From an uncultured Verrucomicrobiae bacterium (lineage in GTDB: Bacteria > Verrucomicrobiota > Verrucomicrobiia > Chthoniobacterales > UBA10450), in contig CAVYWQ010000001.1 of assembly GCA_963772275.1 (NCBI GenBank), positions 673,615 through 737,614 on the forward strand: DNA of 64,000 nucleotides, written 5' to 3'. The notes under the pieces were generated by a model that ran no database searches, had not been told where the DNA came from, and saw only the letters and a list, made by a program, of their open reading frames with translations. This document shows positions 1 to 10,059 of this stretch, piece after piece (the first letter of the stretch is position 1; every line of letters starts with the position of its first letter). Made by a program: the position numbers and the translations under genes.

Positions 1-23
1 GACATAGCGCCGCGGCTACAACT

Positions 24-668
24 GTGATCTCGCACAAGTATAAATGCATTTTCGCCGAGGTGCCGAAGACGGGCTCCACCAGTATTCGGGTCATTTTGGG
101 TCGCGCCTGGAAACCGCACCGTAACCTCGTGGAATTGCGTCGCCTCATGGAAACTTCGTGGACGCATTACGGCGGCCGCACGAATCGAATCATCGAGCCC
201 TTCTACATGATGCTTTCGCCGAAACGCCGGGCCGAGATGGGCAAAAAACAGTTCGAGAGTTACTTTAAGTTCGGTTTCGTGCGCAATCCGTGGGATCGGG
301 TTGTCTCACTCTACGAGCGGAAGGAACCCGTGCAGAGGAAGGAAGAAATGTCCTTCGACGAATTCGTCGACTGGATTCAATACAGCAGCGCAACCTGTCC
401 ACACTCCTCGCCGCATCGATACCAGCTTGATTGGTTCGTCGATGGCAGCGGAAAAATGCTGGCTGATTTCATCGGGCGATTCGAAAAGCTGGAGGAAGAC
501 TGGACGTTCATCGCGAACAAACTCGGCGTTTCCGCAAAGCTCTCGCATCAGCGAGAAAATCCACGCGAGCGCCATTACACCGAATACTATACGCTGCGCA
601 CCCGTGAAGTGATCGCCAAGAAATTCAGCGTCGATATCGAAACGTTCGGCTATGAATTTGGGAAGTAG
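24..668 (+). CDS. sulfotransferase family protein
   Basis: 214-aa ORF with an N-terminal PAPS-loop-like motif FAEVPKTGSTSIR and a sulfotransferase-family layout. GTG start at 24; the frame stays open to the window edge, so the 5' end is uncertain. Confidence 0.75.
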   Translation: MISHKYKCIFAEVPKTGSTSIRVILGRAWKPHRNLVELRRLMETSWTHYGGRTNRIIEPFYMMLSPKRRAEMGKKQFESYFKFGFVRNPWDRVVSLYERKEPVQRKEEMSFDEFVDWIQYSSATCPHSSPHRYQLDWFVDGSGKMLADFIGRFEKLEEDWTFIANKLGVSAKLSHQRENPRERHYTEYYTLRTREVIAKKFSVDIETFGYEFGK

Positions 669-823
669 ATGTACCGGGGAGCGCGGGCGCCTCGCCTCGA
701 ACCTCGCCAGCATTGCTGCACGAAACGTCATCGATCTCTCGCTCCGCATCACCGAAGACCCGTTCGGCGAGGCGCCGAACGGAGCGGGCGCGGCGCCCGC
801 GCTCCCCTGACAATCATGCCGTC

Positions 824-1555
824 ATGAAAGCCATCCTCATGACCTGCGATCGTTATCGCGCGCTGACCGACCACATGATCGCGCAATACGACAAGCTTTG
901 GCCCGATCATCCGTTCACCTTCCGCATTCCGTATCAACGACTGCGCAACGACGGTTTTCCGCGGCGCGAATACATCAAGGCGCCCGGAGGTACCGCTTCC
1001 GACATCCCCCCCTCCGTGCTCGAACTGGTTGCCGATCTCGACGATGAGGAATGGATTTACTGGGCCCCGGATGACAAGTATCCCATCAAGCTCGTCCTGC
1101 CGAAGATCACTCGGATTCTGCCTCACGTTCTGCAGAACGCGGAAGCGAGCGGGCTTCTTTATTGCCGTTGTCGGGTAACCTTGAGCGATCCCGGGCTCAC
1201 CCTATGGCCCGGCGAACAGACCACGCCCGATGGCGATATTCTGCTCGAGCGCAAAGGCTGGTATCAATTTTGGATTCACCAATTCGTGCGCGTCAAAGTC
1301 CTGCGCTACTTCTTCTCCCAGTTTCCGAAGCATGTCCCGAGTGCGAAGGGCATGGATGAAATTAAGAAGAACATCCCGAAGCTCCCCGAGCATCGGCTTT
1401 TCGTGACCAAAGAGAACCTGGCCATCTTCGGCGAGAGCACGCACGGGGGCGTCATCACGCGCAATTGTTACGATAGCCTGCGCAAGAGCGCGATCGAACT
1501 GCCCGAATGGTTCCAGAAGCCCGGCCGGGAACGGGTGACAATGGGGAAGTTATAA
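824..1555 (+). CDS. hypothetical protein (no family recognised)
   Basis: ORF 713..1555 trimmed to the first ATG (MKAILMTCDRYRAL...). Non-repetitive coding-like composition, co-directional with the sulfotransferase. Confidence 0.55.
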   Translation: MKAILMTCDRYRALTDHMIAQYDKLWPDHPFTFRIPYQRLRNDGFPRREYIKAPGGTASDIPPSVLELVADLDDEEWIYWAPDDKYPIKLVLPKITRILPHVLQNAEASGLLYCRCRVTLSDPGLTLWPGEQTTPDGDILLERKGWYQFWIHQFVRVKVLRYFFSQFPKHVPSAKGMDEIKKNIPKLPEHRLFVTKENLAIFGESTHGGVITRNCYDSLRKSAIELPEWFQKPGRERVTMGKL

Positions 1556-1583
1556 AAAAAACGCAGGTGAATTGCAGGCCGCC

Positions 1584-2996
1584 CTAAAGTTTCCACTGCA
1601 GACGATCGCCGACGGACTCCTGCCAACGCTCCACCTCGCGGACTAACCGCGCGATCACATCCGCGTGCCGACCGTCCGCATACAGATTCCGGGTTTCGTT
1701 CGGATCATCCCGCAGGTTGTAAAGCTCGTTCAGGTCCTTGTCGCGCAAGGCAAGCTTCCATCCATCGGGTGAAATAATGGTGCGCGTCGACTCCTCCACG
1801 GCACGCCGGATCAGGCGACGCGATGCGAGTTTGCTTCCCTTTCTGATCTTTGTGCGATTCGGCGCCCATTCGATGAAGACGTTTTCCGCCGGCATCGATT
1901 CGCCACGAACAAGCGGCGCACGACTCTTCCCCGCGCACTGGGCGGCCGGAGAAAAACCGAGCAAATCGATGAGGGTTGGAACGAAATCGATGTGACTGAC
2001 AGCCTGCGAGACTCGCCGTGATTTGCGTTGCTCCGGCAGTCTGATCAAATATGGAACGCGCACCGCCTGCTCGAACATGACTTCCTTGGCGTAGAGATGG
2101 TGCGCGCCAAGCATGTCGCCGTGATCGCTCGTGTGCACGACGATCGTGTTATCGATTAATCCAAAACGCTCCAAGCAGGCCAGAATCGATCCGATGCATT
2201 CGTCGATGAGCGTGACCAGCCCGAGATAGCGCTGCTTTAAAAGCAGGTTCTCCTCGGGTGTAATGCCGAAGAAAAAAACATCGCCACGCTGTGCCCGATC
2301 GCGTTCGGCTTCCGCCTGCTGCCATTCGCGCATGAGCCGATAACGCAACGGCACGTTATCGTCAGGCGGCAGCGTGGCAGTCGCATCGAGCTCGATTTCA
2401 TCCCGGGAATGTTCGCCATTGAACGGCCCATTGTAGGGCGAGTGCGGCTCGGCAAAGGCAACGAACAGAATGAACGGCTCGCGCCGGTTCTTCTCGATGA
2501 ACGAACAGGCGTGCTTTTCGAGAAAACGCGGCTTTGACAGCTCGAAAGGCAGATCGCTCAGCGCGATCGTGGAAAAAGAGCCGTCCGCTCTGTCCGGCTC
2601 GACGCCCTGCTCAACCAAAAAACGGCTGTAATCACTCGTATCCTCCGTGGAGATCCATTCCTGAAATCCGTGCTGCGGCTGTTGCTCGTCCCCGAGGTGC
2701 CATTTCCCGAAGTAGCCAGTGCGATATTCGCTCTTTTCGAGCAGTTCAGGAAAAGCCCGTATGCTCGCCGGCAGCGGCACGCTGTTGCGTGTGCAACCAT
2801 TCATGTGCGGCCATGTCCCGGTCAGAAGTGACGAACGCGACGGCGTGCAGACCGGCTGCGTCACATGGGCGCGTTCGAAAATGACCGATTCCGAAGCGAG
2901 CCGCGCCAGGTTCGGCGCATGCACCATTTTGTTCCCATAGCAGGCGATCGTATCGACCCGCTGCTGGTCCGGCAGAAAAACGATGAGGTTCCGCAT
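1584..2996 (-). CDS. sulfatase (arylsulfatase family)
   Basis: ORF 1584..3206 trimmed to the ATG at 2996 (MRNLIVFLPDQ...) because the upstream part overlaps the next gene. Carries the formylglycine signature CTPSRSSLLTG and the GKWHLG motif. Confidence 0.9.
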   Translation of the reverse strand: MRNLIVFLPDQQRVDTIACYGNKMVHAPNLARLASESVIFERAHVTQPVCTPSRSSLLTGTWPHMNGCTRNSVPLPASIRAFPELLEKSEYRTGYFGKWHLGDEQQPQHGFQEWISTEDTSDYSRFLVEQGVEPDRADGSFSTIALSDLPFELSKPRFLEKHACSFIEKNRREPFILFVAFAEPHSPYNGPFNGEHSRDEIELDATATLPPDDNVPLRYRLMREWQQAEAERDRAQRGDVFFFGITPEENLLLKQRYLGLVTLIDECIGSILACLERFGLIDNTIVVHTSDHGDMLGAHHLYAKEVMFEQAVRVPYLIRLPEQRKSRRVSQAVSHIDFVPTLIDLLGFSPAAQCAGKSRAPLVRGESMPAENVFIEWAPNRTKIRKGSKLASRRLIRRAVEESTRTIISPDGWKLALRDKDLNELYNLRDDPNETRNLYADGRHADVIARLVREVERWQESVGDRLQWKL

Positions 2997-3009
2997 TTGC
3001 GGCAGCAGA

Positions 3010-4227
3010 TTAATTCCGAGCGCGGTTGGAACGCAGCGCGTGGTAGAGCGCCTTGGTTTCCTCGGCGATGGCTGACCAGCTGAATTTTTCCTCGGCCCTT
3101 TGACGGCCGGCTTTGCCAAATTTTTCCCGCAATTTCGGATCGGCCATGAGCTGATTAATTTTTGCCGCCAGGTCGCGCGAAAACTTCTCGGGATGCAATG
3201 GGGCAAAGGGGCTTTCCTTCATCTGTTCGAGCGGCACGAGAAAGCCAGTTTCGCCGTCGACCACGACTTCCTTGATCCCGCCAACCGCACTGGCCACAAC
3301 CGCCGTTTCGCATGCCATGGCTTCGAGGTTGATGATACCAAAGGGCTCGTAAATCGACGGGCAACAGAAGACAGCCGCGTGCGAGTACAATTCGTAAACG
3401 GTTTTCTTATCCACCATTTCATCGATCCAGATCACATCAGATCGCTTCGCCTTCGCGGCTTTCACAGCAGCTTTCATCTCCGCGGCGATCTCCGGCGTGT
3501 CGGGTGCGCCCGCGCAGAGGACAATCTGGAATCCGGAATCCATGAAGGGAATCGCCCTAACGAGATGAATGATTCCCTTCTGGCGGGTAATGCGGCCGAC
3601 AAAAAGCAGAAATGGCCGCGCTGGATCAATCCCGTGACGGCGCAGCGCTTCGGTCGATTCCACGCGATGATATTCCTCGAGATCGATGCCGTTGTAGATG
3701 ACGTGCAGGTGTTCCGGTTTCACCTGAAACAACCGCTCGATATCCGCCTTTGTTTCATGTGAAACGGCGATAACCGCATCCGCCATCTCCAGAGCAGTCT
3801 TCTCGAGCCAGAGCGTAAAGTCGTAACCGCCGCCGAGTTGCTCGCGCTTCCACGGGCGCAACGGCTCGAGCGAATGCACTGTTATGACAAGCGGCAATCC
3901 GTAGTTCAGCTTGGCCAGGATTCCGCCGAAATGGCTGTACCACGTGTGACAGTGCACGACATCGGCGCCGATATTGGTGGTGTTGAAATCGGTACAGCGT
4001 CGCACCGCGCCGAAAACGGACTGCAGCGGCTTCGGGCAGGTGAAGTTGCTCGTATCAACACCGAAGCCGGTCACCTTGAGATTGCCCTTTTCCCAAAGCT
4101 GATCGCCAAAGCACCGCACTTCCACCGGCATCGTCTTGGCCAGCTCACGCGACAGATAATCGACGTGCACGCCGGCACCGCCATAAGTGTGGGGCGGATA
4201 CTCGTTCGTCAGGAAAAGCGCCTTCAT
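3010..4227 (-). CDS. glgA: glycogen synthase-like GT4 glycosyltransferase
   Basis: ORF trimmed to MKALFLTNEYPPHTYGGAGVHVDYLSRELAK, the N-terminus typical of actinobacterial-type glycogen synthases. GT-B C-terminal EPFGI motif present. Confidence 0.75.
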   Translation of the reverse strand: MKALFLTNEYPPHTYGGAGVHVDYLSRELAKTMPVEVRCFGDQLWEKGNLKVTGFGVDTSNFTCPKPLQSVFGAVRRCTDFNTTNIGADVVHCHTWYSHFGGILAKLNYGLPLVITVHSLEPLRPWKREQLGGGYDFTLWLEKTALEMADAVIAVSHETKADIERLFQVKPEHLHVIYNGIDLEEYHRVESTEALRRHGIDPARPFLLFVGRITRQKGIIHLVRAIPFMDSGFQIVLCAGAPDTPEIAAEMKAAVKAAKAKRSDVIWIDEMVDKKTVYELYSHAAVFCCPSIYEPFGIINLEAMACETAVVASAVGGIKEVVVDGETGFLVPLEQMKESPFAPLHPEKFSRDLAAKINQLMADPKLREKFGKAGRQRAEEKFSWSAIAEETKALYHALRSNRARN

Positions 4228-4306
4228 CGCCGCTCTTCCATAGGCGGGCCGGTGACGATTGCACGCAGTTTTCGCGCGGGACAAACCGGATAAATGCGAA
4301 GGCGTG

Positions 4307-4765
4307 TCAGCTTTTCACCTTCAAAAGCAGGACCGGCACGTTGACGCGATGCCGCACCTTGTCGGCCGTGCTGCCCCGCAAAAGATCGCCCAGGAACCGG
4401 TGGCCGTGCGTGGTCATGGCGATCAAATCGACCGCCTGCTCGCTGGCCAGCTTGATGATCTCGTCAGCCGGTTCGCCCTTGGCCAGAATCGATTTCGTTT
4501 CAAACCCTTCCGCCCGTAATTCCTTCTCCAATCGCGCGAGATAGGCCCGGTCGCGCTTCATCTCCTCGCTCTCCTGCAACTGGAACTGATCGAAATTACG
4601 CGCCACCCAGCCATCGGCCACGTGCACGAGAATGAGGCGCGCCTGCACCAGCCGTGCAAGCGGCCGGATATGCTGCAGGATGGTTTCATCGGTCTGCCGG
4701 TTTTCCACCGGCACGAGGATTGTCTTGTACATGCCAGGCAGCAACTTGATCGTTCGCTGGTTCAC
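4307..4765 (-). CDS. universal stress protein (UspA family)
   Basis: 152 aa. ILVPV...LILVHV...DLIAMTTHGHRFLGDLLRGSTADKVRHRVNVPVLLLK is the classic Usp ATP-binding C-terminus. Confidence 0.85.
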   Translation of the reverse strand: MNQRTIKLLPGMYKTILVPVENRQTDETILQHIRPLARLVQARLILVHVADGWVARNFDQFQLQESEEMKRDRAYLARLEKELRAEGFETKSILAKGEPADEIIKLASEQAVDLIAMTTHGHRFLGDLLRGSTADKVRHRVNVPVLLLKVKS

Positions 4766-4894
4766 GAACGCTTTTCATTTCTAGCTCTTCACGGCGGAAG
4801 AGAACAGCGGAAAAATAGCCGAACTCGCACTTGTTGCCGGCTGATCGCACGATTCTATCTTCCCAGGCAAGCACGCAATCCGCATTCTCCCACC

Positions 4895-6349
4895 ATGTCG
4901 TCCAAGCGCGCACAATTTCTTGTTCTGGCCATCGACATCGGATCCTCCTCCACGCGCGCCGCACTCTTCGATGATCGGGGCCGGCTCCTCCCCCAAACGA
5001 TGACGCAGGAAAAGTATCGCCTCACCTATGCGACGGACGGCGCGGTGGAATTGTCGCCGACCACCCTCCTGCGTGCAGCCAGGCGCTGCCTAACGAACGC
5101 TCTGGCAGCCCGCCGCCAGCATGTCACTTTGCAAAAAATGCCCATCGTGGCGGTGGGAGGCTCGGGGTTTTGGCACAGCCTTCTCGGCCTGGACCGAAAG
5201 GGAGATCCCCTTACGCCGATTCTTACGTGGGCCGATTCGCGCGGCACAGAGGACGCCCGGCAATTACGGACCAAACTTTCGGAGCGCGCCGTGCAAGAGC
5301 GCACCGGCTGCATGCTCCGCGCCTCCTTTTGGCCGGCCAAGTTAGTGTGGTTGCGCCGCACGCAGCCGCGGCTCTTTGCACGCGTCTCGCGATGGGTCTC
5401 GCCGGTCGATTGGGTTTACGAACAACTTTTCGGCGTCTGCTTTTCGAGTGCTTCCATGGTCAGCGCAACCGGTCTTTTCAATCAACAAACGCAACGTTGG
5501 GACGAAGAACTCTGCGCGCGGTGTAAAGTTCGAGCTGCACAATTGCCGGAAATTTCTGAAATGATCGATTCTCCGCCGAAGGGTGCGGGCGAATTGAAGC
5601 ATGCGCGCATTCTTACCGCGCTGGGCGACGGAGCGGCCAGCAATCTTGGTTCCGGAGCAGTCGAGCACGGAGTTGCGGCGATCAGCATCGGAACGAGCGC
5701 GGCGGTGCGCATATGGCAGGTTCGGCCTGGCAAGACTCAGCTGCCGTTCGGCCTGTTTCGCTATGTTGTCGATGGAAGGCGTCATGTTGTCGGCGGGGCG
5801 ATGAGTAATGCGGGCAACCTGCGGCAATGGTGCCTGCGCGAATTGCGTGTCAAGCCCGGGGGCGCGCTGGGACGGGCGGCTGCCGCGCGGGATTCGCTCA
5901 CGATCCTTCCCTTCTGGGTGGACGAACGCGCGCCGACCTGGCCTGAACCGAGCGGCGGAACAATCACCGGTCTCACCCAGGCAACAAGCGCGGCCCATCT
6001 CTATCGCGCGATCACTACGAGCATTTTCAATCGCATCGCCGAGATTCTTTTCCTGCTTGAAAGCCACGCCGGGCGCGCGCGCCGCATTATTCTTTCCGCC
6101 GGCGTTGTTCGCTCGGGACCATCGGTTCGTCTGCTCGCGGATGTGCTGGGGCGCGATCTGGAGATTTGCCGGGAAATGGAAGCGTCACTGCGAGGAGCGG
6201 CTTTGCATGTCCTGGAGGCGCTGAACTGCAGCCCATCGCCTTTGCGCCGCGGACATATCGTTAGGTATGACGCTGCGTTTGCGCGGCAGCATCAAGAGCG
6301 GCGGGCCCGCCAGCAGGCCCTGGAAAAGAACCTGAGCAATTTGTCGTAA
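4895..6349 (+). CDS. FGGY-family carbohydrate kinase (gluconokinase-like)
   Basis: ORF 4622..6349 trimmed to the ATG at 4895 (MSSKRAQFLVLAIDIGSSSTRAALFD). Has actin-like ATPase phosphate-1 and GDGAASNLGSG motifs. Confidence 0.8.
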   Translation: MSSKRAQFLVLAIDIGSSSTRAALFDDRGRLLPQTMTQEKYRLTYATDGAVELSPTTLLRAARRCLTNALAARRQHVTLQKMPIVAVGGSGFWHSLLGLDRKGDPLTPILTWADSRGTEDARQLRTKLSERAVQERTGCMLRASFWPAKLVWLRRTQPRLFARVSRWVSPVDWVYEQLFGVCFSSASMVSATGLFNQQTQRWDEELCARCKVRAAQLPEISEMIDSPPKGAGELKHARILTALGDGAASNLGSGAVEHGVAAISIGTSAAVRIWQVRPGKTQLPFGLFRYVVDGRRHVVGGAMSNAGNLRQWCLRELRVKPGGALGRAAAARDSLTILPFWVDERAPTWPEPSGGTITGLTQATSAAHLYRAITTSIFNRIAEILFLLESHAGRARRIILSAGVVRSGPSVRLLADVLGRDLEICREMEASLRGAALHVLEALNCSPSPLRRGHIVRYDAAFARQHQERRARQQALEKNLSNLS

Positions 6350-6532
6350 CTACAATCCCTCGCGCAGCTCGATGATTTCGCCGGGCCGGCACCGAATGGA
6401 GAGCGATATTGGCCGGCAGCAGACACTGCAATCTTCGACGAGCGATTGTTCGCCTAACGAAGTATCCACCTGCAGCGGGAATGCTTCGCCGCAATGGGGA
6501 CAAACTACCGTCGTCTCGACCAGTAGTTCCAT
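6350..6532 (-). CDS. CPXCG-motif cysteine-rich (zinc-ribbon) small protein
   Basis: 60 aa with CPHCG...CSVCC. Its start codon overlaps the stop of the upstream CNNM gene by 1 nt (TAATG). Confidence 0.7.
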   Translation of the reverse strand: MELLVETTVVCPHCGEAFPLQVDTSLGEQSLVEDCSVCCRPISLSIRCRPGEIIELREGL

Positions 6533-7938
6533 TAATGGCCAGCGTCTGATCCGGCCGGTTCTTTCGTTTGCGCGGAATCGAGCCGGCGAAAATGCAGCTG
6601 CTCGACGCGTCGCCCGTCCGTCTGCGAAATGGTGACCAGATAATTTTCAATCTGCACCTGCTCGCCCTGTTTCGGCAAATGGCCGAGCAAATGGGTCACA
6701 TAACCGCCGATCGTGCTCACATCGGAGCTTTCCAATTCCAAGCCAGCGAGATCTCGCAATTCGTAGAGGCCGAGCGCCCCGTCCACCGCGAATTCGTTCT
6801 CGTTAATCGAGCGGAATTCTTCCTTTTCGGCGTCGAATTCGTCCTGAATATCACCGACCAGCTCCTCGATGATGTTCTCCAGCGTCACCATTCCGACCGT
6901 GCCACCGTATTCATCGACCACGATGGCCAGATGGGCATGTTTGCTCAGGAAAAGATTGAGCAACTTTTCCAGCGGCATCATTTCCGGCACCGGAATCAGC
7001 TCGCGCCGAATGCGCATCAAATCGGGATGCGGATCGCGCATCATGGGCACGAGTTCCTTGATGTGAATGAGACCAAGCGCGTCGTCGAGATGACCGCGAC
7101 AAAGGGGAAAGCGCGTGTGCTTCGACTTGAGCGCCTTCTCGATGTTTTGCTCGAAGGTTTCTTCGACGTCGAGATAAACGACATCGCCGCGCGGCGTCAT
7201 GATGTCGCGCACGACGCGTTGTCGCAGATCGAGTGCGTTAACCAGAATCTGCCGACCGATCGGCGTCACTTCATCCGACTTCTGGCTTTGATTCAAGATA
7301 AGCCGCAATTCTTCTTCGCTATGCGCCAGGTCGGCGCCGCCGGCCCGCTGCAGACGGAGCAGTTTGACCAGTAAAAGATCGGACGACCTGTGCAGGACCC
7401 AGATGGCGGGCCGGAAGAGCCAGTAGAAACCAGCCAGCGGCCTAACGAGTCTTAGCGAGAGCGGCAGCGGATTGGCGATGGCCAGATATTTTGGGGCCAG
7501 CTCGCCAAAAATGATATGCATGAACGTGATGCCGATAAAGGCGAGCGTGACCGAGACCGAGGTGACCACGGCGATTGAATGGATGTGGGCCAGAGCGAAA
7601 AACGGCTGCAGCATTCCAGCGAGGAATTGCTCGCCGACCCAGCCGAGGCCGAGACTGGCGAGGGTCACCCCAAGCTGGGTGGCGGAAAGATAAGTGTCGA
7701 GATGCGCGCGGACATGACGGGTGGCGGCGGCGCGAGCGTCGCCTTCCTCGAGCAACGCTTCGAGCTGACTGGCGCGCACTTTGACGAGCGCGAATTCGCA
7801 CGCCACGAAGAAACCGTTGAGCAGGACAAGCGCGACAATGGCAGCGAGTTTGCCCAGGATAACGCCGGGTGAATCCCAATGCTCGGCGATTTCCTCCGCG
7901 AGCATCGCGAAAGCGAGAAGATGAAGGGAAAGATTCAT
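6532..7938 (-). CDS. CNNM/DUF21 + CBS pair + CorC_HlyC transporter-associated protein (hemolysin family)
   Basis: N-terminal TM DUF21 region, central CBS pair and a C-terminal CorC domain ([19 protein letters not shown]). Start set at MNLSLHLL; an alternative ATG lies at 7962. Confidence 0.85.
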   Translation of the reverse strand: MNLSLHLLAFAMLAEEIAEHWDSPGVILGKLAAIVALVLLNGFFVACEFALVKVRASQLEALLEEGDARAAATRHVRAHLDTYLSATQLGVTLASLGLGWVGEQFLAGMLQPFFALAHIHSIAVVTSVSVTLAFIGITFMHIIFGELAPKYLAIANPLPLSLRLVRPLAGFYWLFRPAIWVLHRSSDLLLVKLLRLQRAGGADLAHSEEELRLILNQSQKSDEVTPIGRQILVNALDLRQRVVRDIMTPRGDVVYLDVEETFEQNIEKALKSKHTRFPLCRGHLDDALGLIHIKELVPMMRDPHPDLMRIRRELIPVPEMMPLEKLLNLFLSKHAHLAIVVDEYGGTVGMVTLENIIEELVGDIQDEFDAEKEEFRSINENEFAVDGALGLYELRDLAGLELESSDVSTIGGYVTHLLGHLPKQGEQVQIENYLVTISQTDGRRVEQLHFRRLDSAQTKEPAGSDAGH

Positions 7939-7987
7939 GCAGCGGATGCCGCCAAAGGGCATCCGAAAAACGGCCCGCTGGTGCCGC

Positions 7988-8257
7988 CTACCAGCTCGAC
8001 TTCGTCACGCCGGGAATCAATCCCTGCGAAGCGAGCTCGCGGAAAGTAAGGCGGGAAATTTTGAAACGCCGAATGAAGGCGCGGCGGCGGCCGCTCACCT
8101 GGCAGCGGTTGACCACGCGGGTGGGACTGGCATCCCGCGGCAGTTGAGAAAGACCGATGTAATCCTTCTTTGCCTTCAACTCGGCCCGGAGCGCGGCGTA
8201 TTTCTTGACCGTCTCGCGCTTGCGTTCGTTGCGATTAATCCAGGAAGTCTTGGCCAT
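7988..8257 (-). CDS. rpsN: 30S ribosomal protein S14 (long, non-zinc form)
   Basis: ORF trimmed to [28 protein letters not shown]...[21 protein letters not shown]. 89 aa with a single Cys, so no CxxC zinc ribbon. Confidence 0.92.
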   Translation of the reverse strand: MAKTSWINRNERKRETVKKYAALRAELKAKKDYIGLSQLPRDASPTRVVNRCQVSGRRRAFIRRFKISRLTFRELASQGLIPGVTKSSW

Positions 8258-8359
8258 AAGAGAGTGCGGAAGGTAACGAGAGAGCTTGCCAATGCAAGCG
8301 GTTTTGTGGTGCATAGAGAACCGAAAACCCTCCAGTTTGCGTATAATTCGTAAAAACTA

Positions 8360-9175
8360 ATGTTCCCGCTCCATCGAAAAGATTTTCCATCCAACGCCCA
8401 CGATTTCGCCTCCGCTCTCGAAGAAGGCCTGCAACGGCTCTTCCTGCCCCGCGGGCCGATCGTCTCCGTTCGTAACCGTGCCTTTCCCGAGCTCGAGGAA
8501 ATTCGGCTCGATCTTAATGGCGCGCAGCTTCGTGAACCGCCGCCCCGACCCTCTTTCGATCTGCAGGCGACCGATCACGCGGTCAGCACAAAACGAATAT
8601 CCATCGCCGGCCAGCCGCTCGTCTTCGGCAATGCTTCTCTCGATCTTACCCTCGAGGCTGAGAATGTTGTCTTCCATCACGCGCGCGATGCCGATGGCGA
8701 CGTGATCCTCCTGCTGCAACGCGCCGCAAACGGCCGCCTGGATGTTTCCATTCGGCGGACCGAGCTCGAAACGCTGATCGCCGAGATCGCGCGGAAGGAA
8801 GCCGGCAAACATGGAGTCATTATTGAAGCAGCGCGGTTGGAGACACGAGTCACCGGACCGCGCTCGGCTGCGGCATCGGTTTCTTTTCGGGCTCGGAAGC
8901 TTTTCATGCGCACGGACCTTCGCGTGAGCGCACAACTTGCAATTGACGACCGTCTTGTCGCACGGCTTTCGCAACTTTCCTGCGCGGGCGACGGCGCCAT
9001 TGCCAGCATCGCCTGTGGCATTCTGGAGCCGCAGCTGCGGAAGCTCGAAGATCGCAGCTTTGACTTGCTCGCGTTGCCCATGGGCGAAGCGGTGCTTCGC
9101 GATGTGCGCATGGCAGCCAACGGGGACATCAAAGTCAGCGCTGAATTTGGCTCGGGTCCGGCGGCCACCGCCTAA
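8360..9175 (+). CDS. hypothetical protein
   Basis: 271-aa ORF with non-repetitive sequence. A TATAAT hexamer at 8342..8347 lies 12 nt before the ATG. No family recognised. Confidence 0.55.
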   Translation: MFPLHRKDFPSNAHDFASALEEGLQRLFLPRGPIVSVRNRAFPELEEIRLDLNGAQLREPPPRPSFDLQATDHAVSTKRISIAGQPLVFGNASLDLTLEAENVVFHHARDADGDVILLLQRAANGRLDVSIRRTELETLIAEIARKEAGKHGVIIEAARLETRVTGPRSAAASVSFRARKLFMRTDLRVSAQLAIDDRLVARLSQLSCAGDGAIASIACGILEPQLRKLEDRSFDLLALPMGEAVLRDVRMAANGDIKVSAEFGSGPAATA

Positions 9176-9240
9176 ACGGCACTAGAATTTCGTTTCCTCT
9201 TTCCCGGCGGCAGCTATGTTGCCGCCCCTTTCCCTCACTC

Positions 9241-10059
9241 ATGCTCATCCGCATCGGTTACGACATCGAGTTTACCCTGCCCGGGCCTACCCCGATAATT
9301 GCGATGCTTTACGTGCATCCCTCGCGCCAGGGCGACTTGCGTCGGGAGGAGAAACTGGTGATCACGCCGGAAGTGCCGGTTCATATCTTTCTCGATCGTT
9401 TTGGCAATCAAGTCGGCCGGCTTGTCGCCCCGGCCGGAACGGTCCGTTTCCAGCTCGACACCGAGATCGAGGACAGCGGGAAACCTGATCGCGATCCGGC
9501 CGATTTGCCGCAGCAGGCGATCGAGCGACTACCGGATGACGCACTCCCATTCCTTCTGCCCAGCCGCTATTGCGAAGTGGACAAGCTCTCCGATATGGCG
9601 TGGAAACTTTTCGGCCAGACCGCCCCGGGGTGGCCGCGTGTACAGGCCATCTGCGATTGGGTTAACGAGCACATCACCTTCGGTTATCAATATGCCGATC
9701 CAACCAAGTCAGCCTTCGACGTCTATGGTGACGGCAAGGGCGTCTGCCGCGATTTCAATCATCTCGCCGTTACCTTTTGCCGGTGCATGAACATTCCTGC
9801 CCGTTATGTCACTGGCTACCTCGGCGATATTGGCGTGCCGCCGGCACCCTATCCGATGGATTTCAGTGCATGGTTCGAGGTTTTTCTGGGTGATAAATGG
9901 ATTCCTTTCGACGCTCGTCACAATTGTCCGCGTATCGGCCGGATTCTTTTGGCGGTCGGTCGCGACGCTGCCGACGTCGCCATGACTACGAATTTCGGTC
10001 GGGCCATTCTGAAAAGATTCGTCGTGGTGACGGAAGAAATCGCAGCGAACGCCGCCTAA
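9241..10059 (+). CDS. transglutaminase-like family protein
   Basis: Transglutaminase core Cys motif [29 protein letters not shown], with downstream His/Asp. Confidence 0.85.
   Translation: MLIRIGYDIEFTLPGPTPIIAMLYVHPSRQGDLRREEKLVITPEVPVHIFLDRFGNQVGRLVAPAGTVRFQLDTEIEDSGKPDRDPADLPQQAIERLPDDALPFLLPSRYCEVDKLSDMAWKLFGQTAPGWPRVQAICDWVNEHITFGYQYADPTKSAFDVYGDGKGVCRDFNHLAVTFCRCMNIPARYVTGYLGDIGVPPAPYPMDFSAWFEVFLGDKWIPFDARHNCPRIGRILLAVGRDAADVAMTTNFGRAILKRFVVVTEEIAANAA

Noticed and set aside
8258-8359. Zur box or other metalloregulator operator upstream of the orphan rpsN
   Set aside because: Only a TATAAT hexamer (8342..8347, oriented toward the divergent gene) and weak partial symmetry (CGTATAATTCGTA) are present. 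There is no convincing palindrome.
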